This document shows, one piece after another, positions 19,001 through 27,756 of a stretch of 64,000 bases of DNA. The stretch comes from an uncultured Gemmatimonadales bacterium (GTDB lineage: Bacteria > Gemmatimonadota > Gemmatimonadetes > Gemmatimonadales > GWC2-71-9). The translations under genes and the position numbers were made by a program. The notes below the pieces were generated by a model. That model was not told the DNA's origin. It made no database searches and saw only the letters and a program-made list of their open reading frames with translations. Each line of letters begins with the position of its first letter. The first letter of the stretch is position 1. Where the stretch lies: the NCBI GenBank assembly GCA_963795085.1, contig CAWCFX010000004.1, positions 672,001-736,000 on the forward strand. Direction: 5' to 3'.

Positions 19001-21382
19001 GTGGTAAGGCGGGAACCGTTGCATCCGACCTTCAGAGAGCAACTCACCGACGCCCTGGCCGGGGCCTACGTGATCGAGCGGGAGCTCGATGGCGGCGGCA
19101 TGGCCCGGCTCTTCCTTGCCCGGGATACTGGCCTTGAGCGGCGGGTCGTGATCAAGGTCCTGCCCCCTGACCTCGCATCCGGCGTGGGCACCGAGCGGTT
19201 TCGCCGGGAAATCGCCCTTGCCGCCCAGCTTCAGCACGCCAATATCGTTCCCCTGCTCACCGCGGGAGAAGCAGCCGGTCATCCCTATTTCATCATGCCC
19301 TATATCGAGGGCGAATCCCTGCGGCGGCGGGTCGCGCTGGGGCCATTGCCGGTGCAGGAGGTGGCGGTGATCCTCCGTGACGTGTCCCGCGCCCTGGCTT
19401 ATGCGCACGAGCGGGGGGTGATCCACCGGGACATCAAGCCCGACAACATCCTCGTGGCCGGCGGCGCGGCGATGGTCAGCGATTTTGGTGTCGCTCGGGC
19501 TCTCCGCCCGGAAATCCATCCGGCGACCAGCGGCAAATTGACGTCGGACGGGACATCCCTGGGCACCCCGGCTTACATGGCTCCGGAACAGGTCGCCGCC
19601 GACCCCGCGGCCGACCACCGAGCCGACCTGTACGCGCTCGGAATCCTGGGGTATGAGTTGCTTGCGGGGCACACCCCCTTCCATGACCGGACACCCCAGG
19701 CGATCCTGGCGGCTCACCTGACCGAGCGGCCACGGTCCCTTCGGGATATCCGCCCGGATGTTGATCCCGGCCTGGCCGCGGTGATCGAGCGATGCCTCGA
19801 GAAGGCACCGGAGGCCCGTCTCCAGTCTGCCACGCAGGTAAACGCGGCACTCGAAACTCCCAGCGGAAGGACGCTGGCTGTTGCCTGGCGACCGCCTCGC
19901 CGTTGGAAAGGACCGGTGGTTGCCGGCGGGGTGGCCGCCTTGCTTCTCCTCTTGATCGCCGGTTTCATCGCCGCCCGCATGCGCGATACGGCCGTGATAA
20001 ACGCTATCGCGGTGCTGCCGCTGGTTGACCTGGGCAATGATGCCGAATATTTCGCCGACGGCATGACCGAGGAACTCATCGGCGCATTATCGGAACTTCC
20101 TGGCCTCCACGTGGCTTCCCGCACATCGGCATTCACCTTCAAGGGCCGGCGGGACATGGACGCAAAGCAGATCGGAAACCAGCTCTCGGTCACCCATCTT
20201 GTGGAAGGAACGCTCCGAAAGGATGGAAACCAGCTTCGAATGTCCGCTCGTTTGATCAGTACCAGGGACGGCCTGACCATCTGGTCGGCAACCTATCAGC
20301 GCGAGATCAGCGATGTGTTCGCCGTGCAGGAAGCTCTGGCCCGCGACGTGGCGGGGGCGCTGCGTATTCGACTGGGCGGCCAGCCTCTCGTCAGGCGGGG
20401 CACCGCGGACCTGGCCGCCTATGACCTGTACCTGCGCGGACGTTTTTTCTGGCGCCAGCGCGGTGTGGACGGGCTGCGAATGGCGGTGGAACTCTTTCAG
20501 CAGGCCACCGAGAAGGATCCTGCCTTTGCCGCAGCCTATACCGGCCTGGCGGACGCCCTGGGGCTTCTGCCCCTGTACGGCAGGACGCCCTTTGATTCGG
20601 TCGTGGGGCCGGCCCGGGAAGCCGCCGAGCGCGCCATTCACCTGGATGACACCCTGGCGGAGGCGCATGCCTCCCTGGGCCAGCTGCTTCGAAACACCGG
20701 CGGGTGGGTGGAGAGCGAGTCCCATCTTCGCCAGGCAATTGCGCTGGACTCGACCTACGCTCCGGCCTACCAGTGGCTGGGTGAAGTCCTGTACCTGAAC
20801 GGGCGGTTGGACGAATCCCTTGCGGCCCTCCGCATCGGCATCAGGATGGATCCCCTGTCCTCGACCATCGCCATGGTCACCAGCTATGTGTACGGGATCG
20901 CAGGGGACTCGCTGCGCTCGGATAGCCTTGCCCAGCGTGCTATCGACCTGGCGCCGCGTGCCTGGCCGGTCTACGGATTCATTGGTGCGGCCGCCCTGGA
21001 AGGCGGCAGGCTGGCCCGTGCTGTCGAGTACCTCCGAGTGGCCGAAGGCTTGGAACCCGGTCTTCCAGCCCCGTTCCGCGGACTGCTGGCCCATGCCCAT
21101 GCCGCGCTGGGCCACCAGGCTGAAGCCCGGAAGATCCTGGTTCAGCTGCTGGGAGAGCGTCCCCAGTCGCCTACGGCCCTGGCCTCGGTCTACGCCGGCC
21201 TGGGAGAGCAAACGAAAGCCATTGAAATGCTGGAGCGGGCTGTTGCGGAACGGGAGCCGTTTCTGTTTGCGGCCTCGGTTTCTCCCCGCTGGTATGCCAG
21301 CCTTCGCGCCGAGCCCAAGTTCGCGGGCATCGTGCAGTCGCTTCGGCTTGATCCCCGGGCCTTACACCCCCGGGCGCCCTAG
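19001..21382 (+). CDS. Hanks-type Ser/Thr kinase with TM, TolB-N-like and TPR domains
   Basis: GGGMA, VIKVL, HRDIKPDN, DFG, YMAPE; IAVLP...YFADGMTEELI; TPR helices. Confidence 0.92.
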   Translation: MVRREPLHPTFREQLTDALAGAYVIERELDGGGMARLFLARDTGLERRVVIKVLPPDLASGVGTERFRREIALAAQLQHANIVPLLTAGEAAGHPYFIMPYIEGESLRRRVALGPLPVQEVAVILRDVSRALAYAHERGVIHRDIKPDNILVAGGAAMVSDFGVARALRPEIHPATSGKLTSDGTSLGTPAYMAPEQVAADPAADHRADLYALGILGYELLAGHTPFHDRTPQAILAAHLTERPRSLRDIRPDVDPGLAAVIERCLEKAPEARLQSATQVNAALETPSGRTLAVAWRPPRRWKGPVVAGGVAALLLLLIAGFIAARMRDTAVINAIAVLPLVDLGNDAEYFADGMTEELIGALSELPGLHVASRTSAFTFKGRRDMDAKQIGNQLSVTHLVEGTLRKDGNQLRMSARLISTRDGLTIWSATYQREISDVFAVQEALARDVAGALRIRLGGQPLVRRGTADLAAYDLYLRGRFFWRQRGVDGLRMAVELFQQATEKDPAFAAAYTGLADALGLLPLYGRTPFDSVVGPAREAAERAIHLDDTLAEAHASLGQLLRNTGGWVESESHLRQAIALDSTYAPAYQWLGEVLYLNGRLDESLAALRIGIRMDPLSSTIAMVTSYVYGIAGDSLRSDSLAQRAIDLAPRAWPVYGFIGAAALEGGRLARAVEYLRVAEGLEPGLPAPFRGLLAHAHAALGHQAEARKILVQLLGERPQSPTALASVYAGLGEQTKAIEMLERAVAEREPFLFAASVSPRWYASLRAEPKFAGIVQSLRLDPRALHPRAP

Positions 21383-22359
21383 TCGTGATCGCGTCGTCGC
21401 CACGATGACCCGTCGTACTCCCAGAGATCGCTGAGCTTGGCGCCGTTGGCATTGGAGCCGCCGAACAGGACCAATTGTTTCCGAACCGGGTCGAACGCGA
21501 TGCTCGCCTCCATCCTGGCCGGGGGCCCGGCTTGATCCACCATCGATCGCCAGGTGCCGCCGTGCCAGTGAAAGAGCGCCCGACTCGGCGCCCTGCCATC
21601 CCATCCGCCAAACACTCCCAACCCTCCCTGCGGGAGCGGCACGAGCTGGCTGTTGGGAGTGATCTCCGGACCATCCCCGATCCGGCTCCACCCTGACCCG
21701 TCCCAGCTCCAGGTGTCGGAGTACCTCCGGCCCTCAGCGTCGGCTCCGCCCATCAGGATGATTCTGTTCCGCGCGGAGTCATAGCCCATCACGTGTCCGG
21801 CCCGGGCCGCCGGCCCCGGCCCAGCCGATCGCCGCCAGGTGCTGCCGTTCCACACCCAGGTGTCTCCAAGCATGGCCTTTCGTTCGACGGAGTATCCGCC
21901 GAAGACAACCAGCTGATCGTGCTGCGGGTCGAAGGTCCCTGCGGCCATGTGACGAGATCCCGGTCCAGTCGGCGCGAGCCGGGACCAACGCCCGCCCTCC
22001 CACGCCCAGATATCCTCAAACTGTTCGGCACTGTTCTGCCCGCCAAACAACAGGACCCGGTGCCGCCGGGTATCAGTGGCGAGGATAGCCCCGGAACGCG
22101 CTCCGGGCGCCCCATCGCCGAGCGCCTGCCAGCGATCGCCGTCCCAGGCCCAGAGGGCTGAGTCGGCGTGGAGACCCCGGTCCCGCATGCCGCCGTACAC
22201 CAGGACCCGCCGGCTGGCCGCGTCCCATGCCGCCCCGGCATTGGAGACCGCCGCCGGCGAGGGCGTTGTCTGCCCCACCGCCGCGGGTCCCGACGTCAGA
22301 ACGGCGAGCAGTGCCATCACTGCCGCTCGCTTCCTGTTCGACTTGAAACGCCTGGTCAT
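21379..22359 (-). CDS. Secreted Kelch-repeat beta-propeller protein
   Basis: Six repeats of D....VLFGG......DTW.WDG..W; signal peptide. Confidence 0.88.
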   Translation of the reverse strand: MTRRFKSNRKRAAVMALLAVLTSGPAAVGQTTPSPAAVSNAGAAWDAASRRVLVYGGMRDRGLHADSALWAWDGDRWQALGDGAPGARSGAILATDTRRHRVLLFGGQNSAEQFEDIWAWEGGRWSRLAPTGPGSRHMAAGTFDPQHDQLVVFGGYSVERKAMLGDTWVWNGSTWRRSAGPGPAARAGHVMGYDSARNRIILMGGADAEGRRYSDTWSWDGSGWSRIGDGPEITPNSQLVPLPQGGLGVFGGWDGRAPSRALFHWHGGTWRSMVDQAGPPARMEASIAFDPVRKQLVLFGGSNANGAKLSDLWEYDGSSWRRRDHD

Positions 22360-22570
22360 AGTGACACCGGTTCGAGAAGATCGCTCCGTCAAGTTTACGG
22401 GGGCGGGACTTCAGGGTTTCCGGCTCTCCCCGGTGCCGGAGGATACGGCGACTGGGTGGGGGGAGTCCTGTGTGCGTGCGAAGCACGTGCGTTCTGTCCT
22501 AGACGGGTCTCCGGGTGCCCCCGATCTTGAGCCGTCGGCTCCGCGCCCCCAATTCCTGCTCCATGGCCCC

Positions 22571-23761
22571 ATGATCCTGCTCCTTGCCGCTTCGCTCCTC
22601 GCCGGCGGGATTTCCCCCGCCTCCGCCGATCGGCCCGACTCGCGAACCCGGGTCGTGGTGCTGGGGGTGGCCCATTCGATCCAGCTCGTGTCTCGCCGCA
22701 GCGAACCGGCGACGATCCTGGCCCTGTTCGAGCGGATCAAGCCGGCTGCCGTTTGCCTCGAACTGACGCCAAGCCGGTACAGCGCCATGGCCTGGCATGA
22801 GTTCACCTACGAGCAGCAGCAGTTGCTGATACCCTACGCCCGGGAACGCAGGCTTCCGGTATATCCCTTCGACTGGGAGCCGGCAGCCGAAGACGAGTTC
22901 CTGGCCTTCGGCCTCACCTGGAACCCCCCGCCGCTGATCCGCCGGCGCCGGGATCCGCAGTTCTTCCTCTCGTTCACGGACTCCGCGCTGCAGGGCTCGA
23001 CACCCTTCTTTGCCGATTCGGCGAAGAGCAGGGAGGAATACCGTTCATGGTACGACGCGCGGGACTCCAATGCCATGGGGGAGCGGGCCCGGCGGCTCTT
23101 CCTGTATCGCACGTCGCTCCAGGCGGCTCGCATCGCCGCCGCGGCCAAACGGCATCCCGGAGAAATCGTCCTCGTGGTAGTCGGAGCCTTTCACAAGGAC
23201 GATATCGAACAGGCGCTCGGCCAGGATTCCACCTTCGAGATCGTCCAGCCCTCCACCTACGGACTGCCGGCCCCCGGCGAAGTCGAGCCATTTCGCCGGC
23301 CGGACCAGTTTTCGGCCATTGCGGCCTTCAACCTGCTGGGGCTGCAAAGCCGGGTTGACGGCGCAGACTGGACCTGGCTGGCCGACGCGGTTGGTCGGGT
23401 CCGGGACGCCGGCTCAACGGCCGAAGCCGACCTGCTGGAAACCCGCCTCGGCGTGCTGGCGGGGCGGATCCCACCCCGCGAGGCCAGGGACCGGTACCGG
23501 CGCATCGGCGAGGCCGCGGGGAATTCGGTATTCCGATGGACCGGCGTCCTCGACCGGCGACGGCTGGATTCCTATTTTGATCCCTTTGGGAACCTCACGA
23601 TCGCCCAGCGGGCCCGGCTCGAAATGGCTCGCGAGTCCGCCAAGCTGAACGAGCCAGGCGAAACCCAGCGGCTGCGCCGGTTGCTGGCAGGAGAACTCCC
23701 CGAGTTGCAGCGGGTGCAGTTGGAAGCCTACTGGCGGGAATTCCTCGAACAGACCCGCTGA
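22571..23761 (+). CDS. Secreted hypothetical protein, possibly TraB/GumN/Tiki superfamily
   Basis: Signal peptide; VVLGVAH, VCLEL, PFDW, VVVGAFH motif order. Confidence 0.65.
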   Translation: MILLLAASLLAGGISPASADRPDSRTRVVVLGVAHSIQLVSRRSEPATILALFERIKPAAVCLELTPSRYSAMAWHEFTYEQQQLLIPYARERRLPVYPFDWEPAAEDEFLAFGLTWNPPPLIRRRRDPQFFLSFTDSALQGSTPFFADSAKSREEYRSWYDARDSNAMGERARRLFLYRTSLQAARIAAAAKRHPGEIVLVVVGAFHKDDIEQALGQDSTFEIVQPSTYGLPAPGEVEPFRRPDQFSAIAAFNLLGLQSRVDGADWTWLADAVGRVRDAGSTAEADLLETRLGVLAGRIPPREARDRYRRIGEAAGNSVFRWTGVLDRRRLDSYFDPFGNLTIAQRARLEMARESAKLNEPGETQRLRRLLAGELPELQRVQLEAYWREFLEQTR

Positions 23762-23785
23762 CCCACCACTCCCGGGAGGTCCCGT

Positions 23786-24085
23786 ATGCCAGCCTACCTG
23801 ATGGTCGAGGTGCACATTGACGACCCCGTGGCCTACCAGGAATACATCCGCCAGGTGCCGCCCACGATCGAACTGTACGGCGGCCGGTACCTGGCGCGGG
23901 GCGGTGCGACGACGGTGCTCGAAGGCGATGCCCCACCCATGCGCAGGGCAATCGTCGAGTTCCCCTCGGTGGAGCGAGCCCGGGAATGGTGGGCGTCCTC
24001 CGAGTATGCGCCGGCGAAACAGATCCGGCAGGCATGTGCCCGCGCCACACTGGTGCTGATCGAAGGAATCGGCGGGGCCTCCTGA
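23786..24085 (+). CDS. DUF1330 family protein
   Basis: MPAY.......D...Y..Y......YGGRYLARGG....LEG......IVEFPS...A..WW.S.EY; GGAGG RBS. Confidence 0.92.
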   Translation: MPAYLMVEVHIDDPVAYQEYIRQVPPTIELYGGRYLARGGATTVLEGDAPPMRRAIVEFPSVERAREWWASSEYAPAKQIRQACARATLVLIEGIGGAS

Positions 24086-24191
24086 AAGGCTTGGACCATC
24101 TCCCCTCCGGCGAGATGGCCATGGCTGCCGCCGGTGCGAACCGTCTGTCTCGAGTCTCGAATCTTCCAACGCCACGGCTGGAGTCGTTCCT

Positions 24192-24368
24192 ATGCATCTT
24201 CGCACATCAGCACTACTGGTCCTGGTTCTCCTCCTGTCCGGCTGCGGAGGGACCACGATCAACTCCATCCGCAAGATGGTGCCGGTGGCCCTGCTCGTGA
24301 GCCTGGCCGGTTTCTCCACGCTGGCCAATGCCCGCCGGACAGCGTGCCCGACCCGGCCGGAGACGTGA
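24192..24368 (+). CDS. Small 58-aa ORF with lipoprotein signal (below the ORF-track cutoff); possible gene remnant
   Basis: MHLRTSALLVLVLLLSGCGGTTINSIRKMVPVALLVSLAGFSTLANARRTACPTRPET*; GGAG upstream. Confidence 0.45.
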   Translation: MHLRTSALLVLVLLLSGCGGTTINSIRKMVPVALLVSLAGFSTLANARRTACPTRPET

Positions 24369-24490
24369 TCAGGTAGGAGGGCGGTTTGAATGCCCGTGAG
24401 TTTCCGTGCGGCCGCTCCCTGGGGCGGCCGTGCGGCGTTTTCACAGGTGTTCCGCCGCGGGGTTAGTATTGAAGGGATCTTCCGCGGCCC

Positions 24491-24517
24491 GGAAACCGTC
24501 CTTCCAGCCCCGACGTA
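24491..24517 (+). promoter_or_regulatory. Candidate ECF sigma promoter of the MoxR/vWA operon
   Basis: GGAAAC-N17-CGTA, 12 nt upstream of ATG 24530. Confidence 0.55.
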
Positions 24518-24529
24518 AAGACCTGCAGC

Positions 24530-26803
24530 ATGTCCGATCTACTCAGTTCGATCTTCCGCTTTCTGTTCAAGTACCCGCCCGAGGTCTTCCGGCAGGGAGA
24601 GTTCCGGTTGTCCGGCGCGCCGGGGCTGGCCCTGGTCATGCTCGCGGTGGCGGTCGTCGCCATTCCCGTGGTCGGCTCCTACCGGCGTTCCGCCGGCCGG
24701 GCCGGAAGCCGCGACCGGGCTCTTCTGGCCGGTCTCCGGCTTGGCGCCGTGGGCCTGGTGGCCTTTTGTCTCGTCCGCCCCTCGCTGCAGCTCAGTTCGG
24801 CCGTTCCGCAGCGAAACTTCGTTGCGGTGCTGGTCGATGATTCCCGCAGCATGTCCATCGCCGACATGGACGGCCGGTCCCGCGCCGATGTCGTCCGGGG
24901 GCTGATCGCCCGGGATAGCGCGCTGGTCCGATCACTCGCGGAACGGTTTCAGCTCAGGTTCTTTCGCTTTGGCGGCAGTACCAGTCGTATGGCCGACCGG
25001 GACACCCTGCGATTTGCCGATGAGTGGACCCGCCTCTCTCCGGCGATCGCGCGGGCCCGGGAAGAACTGGCCCAGGTTCCGCTCGCCGGGCTGGTGGTCC
25101 TCACCGATGGGGCGGAGAATCCGCCGGTGTCGCTCGATTCTCTTGAGCGGCTGGCGCCGCCCGGCGTCCCCCTGTACCTGGTGGGCCTGGGCCGGGAGCG
25201 CCCGGAACGAGACATCGAACTGGTGGACGCCCAGGGCCCCGCCTCGGTCCTCCAGGGTTCGACCATCGCGGTGGACCTCACCATCGGCCAGGCCGGCTAC
25301 GGCGGCCGGCCGGTCCGAATCCGGGCGGAGGAATCCGGCCGCATCCTGGCATCCCGTGACGTGACGCTGGAATCGAACGGCGCCACGACCGTCCGGCTGC
25401 AGGTTCCTTCGCCGGATCCCGGCATCCGCACCATTCGCTTCACGGCGGACCCGCTCGACGGGGAACTGCTCGCCGAGAATAACCGGCGCGAGATCGTCAC
25501 CGCCGTGAAGCGGGGGCCGGACCGTATCCTTTACTACGAGGGGGAACCGCGGTTCGAGCTCAAGTTCCTGCGGCGCGCGGTCGCCGATGATCCCAACCTC
25601 CACCTCGTCACCCTGCTGCGCACCGCCCGCGACAAGTACCTGAGACTCGGCATCGGGGACAGCCTGGAACTGCTGCACGGCTTCCCCCGGACTCGCGAAG
25701 AGCTCTTCGCCTACCGCGGGGTAGTGCTGGGAAGCGTCGAGGCGAGCGCCCTGAGCGTCGAGCAACTGCGGATGCTGGCCGATTTCGTCAGCGTACGAGG
25801 CGGCGGATTGCTGGTCCTGGGCGGCCGCCGCGCCATGGGGGAAGGCGGCTACGCCGAGACCCCGCTGGGCCGGGTACTCCCGGTGAACTTCGGGAGGCCG
25901 GACACCACCTTCTTTGATTCCGTCGCAGTGCGCCCCACCATGGCCGGCGCCGAGGAGCCGGCCCTCCAGCTGGCGGGCGAACCCGAGGCGACCGCAGCGC
26001 GCTGGCGTACCCTGCCGGCCCTCACCACCGTGAACCGGGTCGCCGGGGTCAAGCCCGGCGCCACCGTGCTTCTCGATGGCGAAGTCGCCGGCCGCCGGGT
26101 CCCCGTCATGGCCTGGCAACGCTTCGGACGGGGAAAGGCCCTCGCCTTTGCGGTCCAGGATTCATGGCTCTGGCAGATGCATGCGGTGATCGACGTGGAC
26201 GACCAGACCCACGAGACCCTCTGGCGCCAGCTGCTGCGCTGGCTGGTTCGCGATGCCCCCGAACGCCTCACGCTCGCCATGGGACCGGACCGGGTACCGC
26301 CGGGCGAGCCGGTGGCCATCGGCGTGCATGCGGCCAATGACCGGTTCGATGCGGTCAATGCCGAACGGATCGTCGCGAAGATCACCACCCCCACCGGCCG
26401 GATCACTGAACTGGCGCTACCCTGGACCGGACTGCGGGACGGGTACTACCAGGCGTCCTTCGTACCGCAGGAACCGGGGCGCCACGACCTCGAGATCGTC
26501 TCAGCCGGTGCCGGCGATGCCGCGGGGACGGTATCCGGATCATTCGCGGTCGGTGACTCGGATGCGGAACTGCGCGGCGCGACACTCCAGGCCGCCCGGC
26601 TCCGGGAGATGGCGGCCCGGTCGGGGGGCCGGTATTACACCCCGGCCAATGTGGCGTCTCTCTCCGGCGACGTTGCCATGGGTGGCAGCGGCATTACCGT
26701 CACCGAAAGCCGGGACCTCTGGGACATGCCGGCGATTTTCCTTCTCCTGGTCGGATTGCTGGGCACCGAGTGGGGATACCGCCGCTGGAAGGGGCTGGCC
26801 TGA
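24530..26803 (+). CDS. Membrane-anchored vWA + Ig-like + GATase1-like (DUF1355-type) protein
   Basis: Two N-terminal TMs, MIDAS DDSRS and LTDG, EGEPRFE.KFLRR, GGGLLVLGG, C-terminal TM ..EW..RR..GL. Confidence 0.85.
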   Translation: MSDLLSSIFRFLFKYPPEVFRQGEFRLSGAPGLALVMLAVAVVAIPVVGSYRRSAGRAGSRDRALLAGLRLGAVGLVAFCLVRPSLQLSSAVPQRNFVAVLVDDSRSMSIADMDGRSRADVVRGLIARDSALVRSLAERFQLRFFRFGGSTSRMADRDTLRFADEWTRLSPAIARAREELAQVPLAGLVVLTDGAENPPVSLDSLERLAPPGVPLYLVGLGRERPERDIELVDAQGPASVLQGSTIAVDLTIGQAGYGGRPVRIRAEESGRILASRDVTLESNGATTVRLQVPSPDPGIRTIRFTADPLDGELLAENNRREIVTAVKRGPDRILYYEGEPRFELKFLRRAVADDPNLHLVTLLRTARDKYLRLGIGDSLELLHGFPRTREELFAYRGVVLGSVEASALSVEQLRMLADFVSVRGGGLLVLGGRRAMGEGGYAETPLGRVLPVNFGRPDTTFFDSVAVRPTMAGAEEPALQLAGEPEATAARWRTLPALTTVNRVAGVKPGATVLLDGEVAGRRVPVMAWQRFGRGKALAFAVQDSWLWQMHAVIDVDDQTHETLWRQLLRWLVRDAPERLTLAMGPDRVPPGEPVAIGVHAANDRFDAVNAERIVAKITTPTGRITELALPWTGLRDGYYQASFVPQEPGRHDLEIVSAGAGDAAGTVSGSFAVGDSDAELRGATLQAARLREMAARSGGRYYTPANVASLSGDVAMGGSGITVTESRDLWDMPAIFLLLVGLLGTEWGYRRWKGLA

Positions 26804-27756
26804 TGTTCCTGCTTCCGCTGGGCCTCGCCCTTCTGCAGGCGCCCGCCAGCCACGTGATCGTCGTGACGGGGCTGGGCGGCGACGCGGCCTATCGGCGGGA
26901 CCTGGCCAGCTGGGGAGCCACCCTGGTCCGCGCGGCGGATGCGGCAGGCGTCCCCGCGGCGAATACCATTCGGCTGGCGGGAGATTCCGCCCCCGGTGTC
27001 GCGCTGCCGCGAGCAACTCGGGAACGGGTCCTCGCCACGCTCCAGGACGTGACCCGCCGCAGCCAGGCGGGAGACCTGGTGCTCCTTTTCCTGGCTGGGC
27101 ACGGCAGCCATGCCGGGGCAGAGTCGCGGATCAACCTGCCCGGTCCCGACCTGACCGCCGGAGACCTGGCGACCGCGCTGGAACCGCTGAACGACCGCCG
27201 GGTAGTGGTGGTGAATGTGGCGAGCGCCGGCGGGGACTTTGTGGCAGTGCTGTCGCGGACCGGCCGGATCATCATCACCGCGACGAAGAGCCCCTTCGAG
27301 CGGAACGCGACCCGCTTCGGCGGCCCCTTCGTGAGCGCTCTGGCCGATGCGGGCGCCGATGCCAACAAGGACGGGCGGGTGTCCATGCTCGAAGCATTTC
27401 TCTACGCCCGCCGGGAAACCGGGCGGATCTATGAATCCGGCAACCGGTTGATGACCGAGCATGCGGTGCTCGACGACAATGGGGACCGGCAGGGGAGCGC
27501 CGTGCCGGGCGCGGAAGGTGAGGACGGAGACCTGGCCCGGTCGGCATTCCTGGGGCTCCCGCCGGCACGCCATGCCGTCTCCGACTCGGCCAGTGCCCGG
27601 CTGGCCCGCGAAGCCCGGGACCTCGAGGCCCGCATCAATCAGCTGCGGGCCCGCAAGGCCTCGATGAACGAAGACGACTACCAGGCCCGGCTCGAGGAAC
27701 TGCTGGTGGAGCTGGCCCTCAGGAACGAAGCTCTCCGGGGAAGGCAAGCGCCATGA
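26803..27756 (+). CDS. Secreted caspase/C13-like fold protein, catalytic Cys apparently absent
   Basis: LLFLAGHGS (HG motif), VVVNVASAGG at the Cys position, IITATK, D.NKDGRVS..EAF; coiled-coil tail. Confidence 0.65.
   Translation: MFLLPLGLALLQAPASHVIVVTGLGGDAAYRRDLASWGATLVRAADAAGVPAANTIRLAGDSAPGVALPRATRERVLATLQDVTRRSQAGDLVLLFLAGHGSHAGAESRINLPGPDLTAGDLATALEPLNDRRVVVVNVASAGGDFVAVLSRTGRIIITATKSPFERNATRFGGPFVSALADAGADANKDGRVSMLEAFLYARRETGRIYESGNRLMTEHAVLDDNGDRQGSAVPGAEGEDGDLARSAFLGLPPARHAVSDSASARLAREARDLEARINQLRARKASMNEDDYQARLEELLVELALRNEALRGRQAP

Noticed and set aside
10220..24400. Prophage or integrative element at the tRNAs
   Set aside because: No integrase, phage genes or duplicated tRNA 3' end seen.
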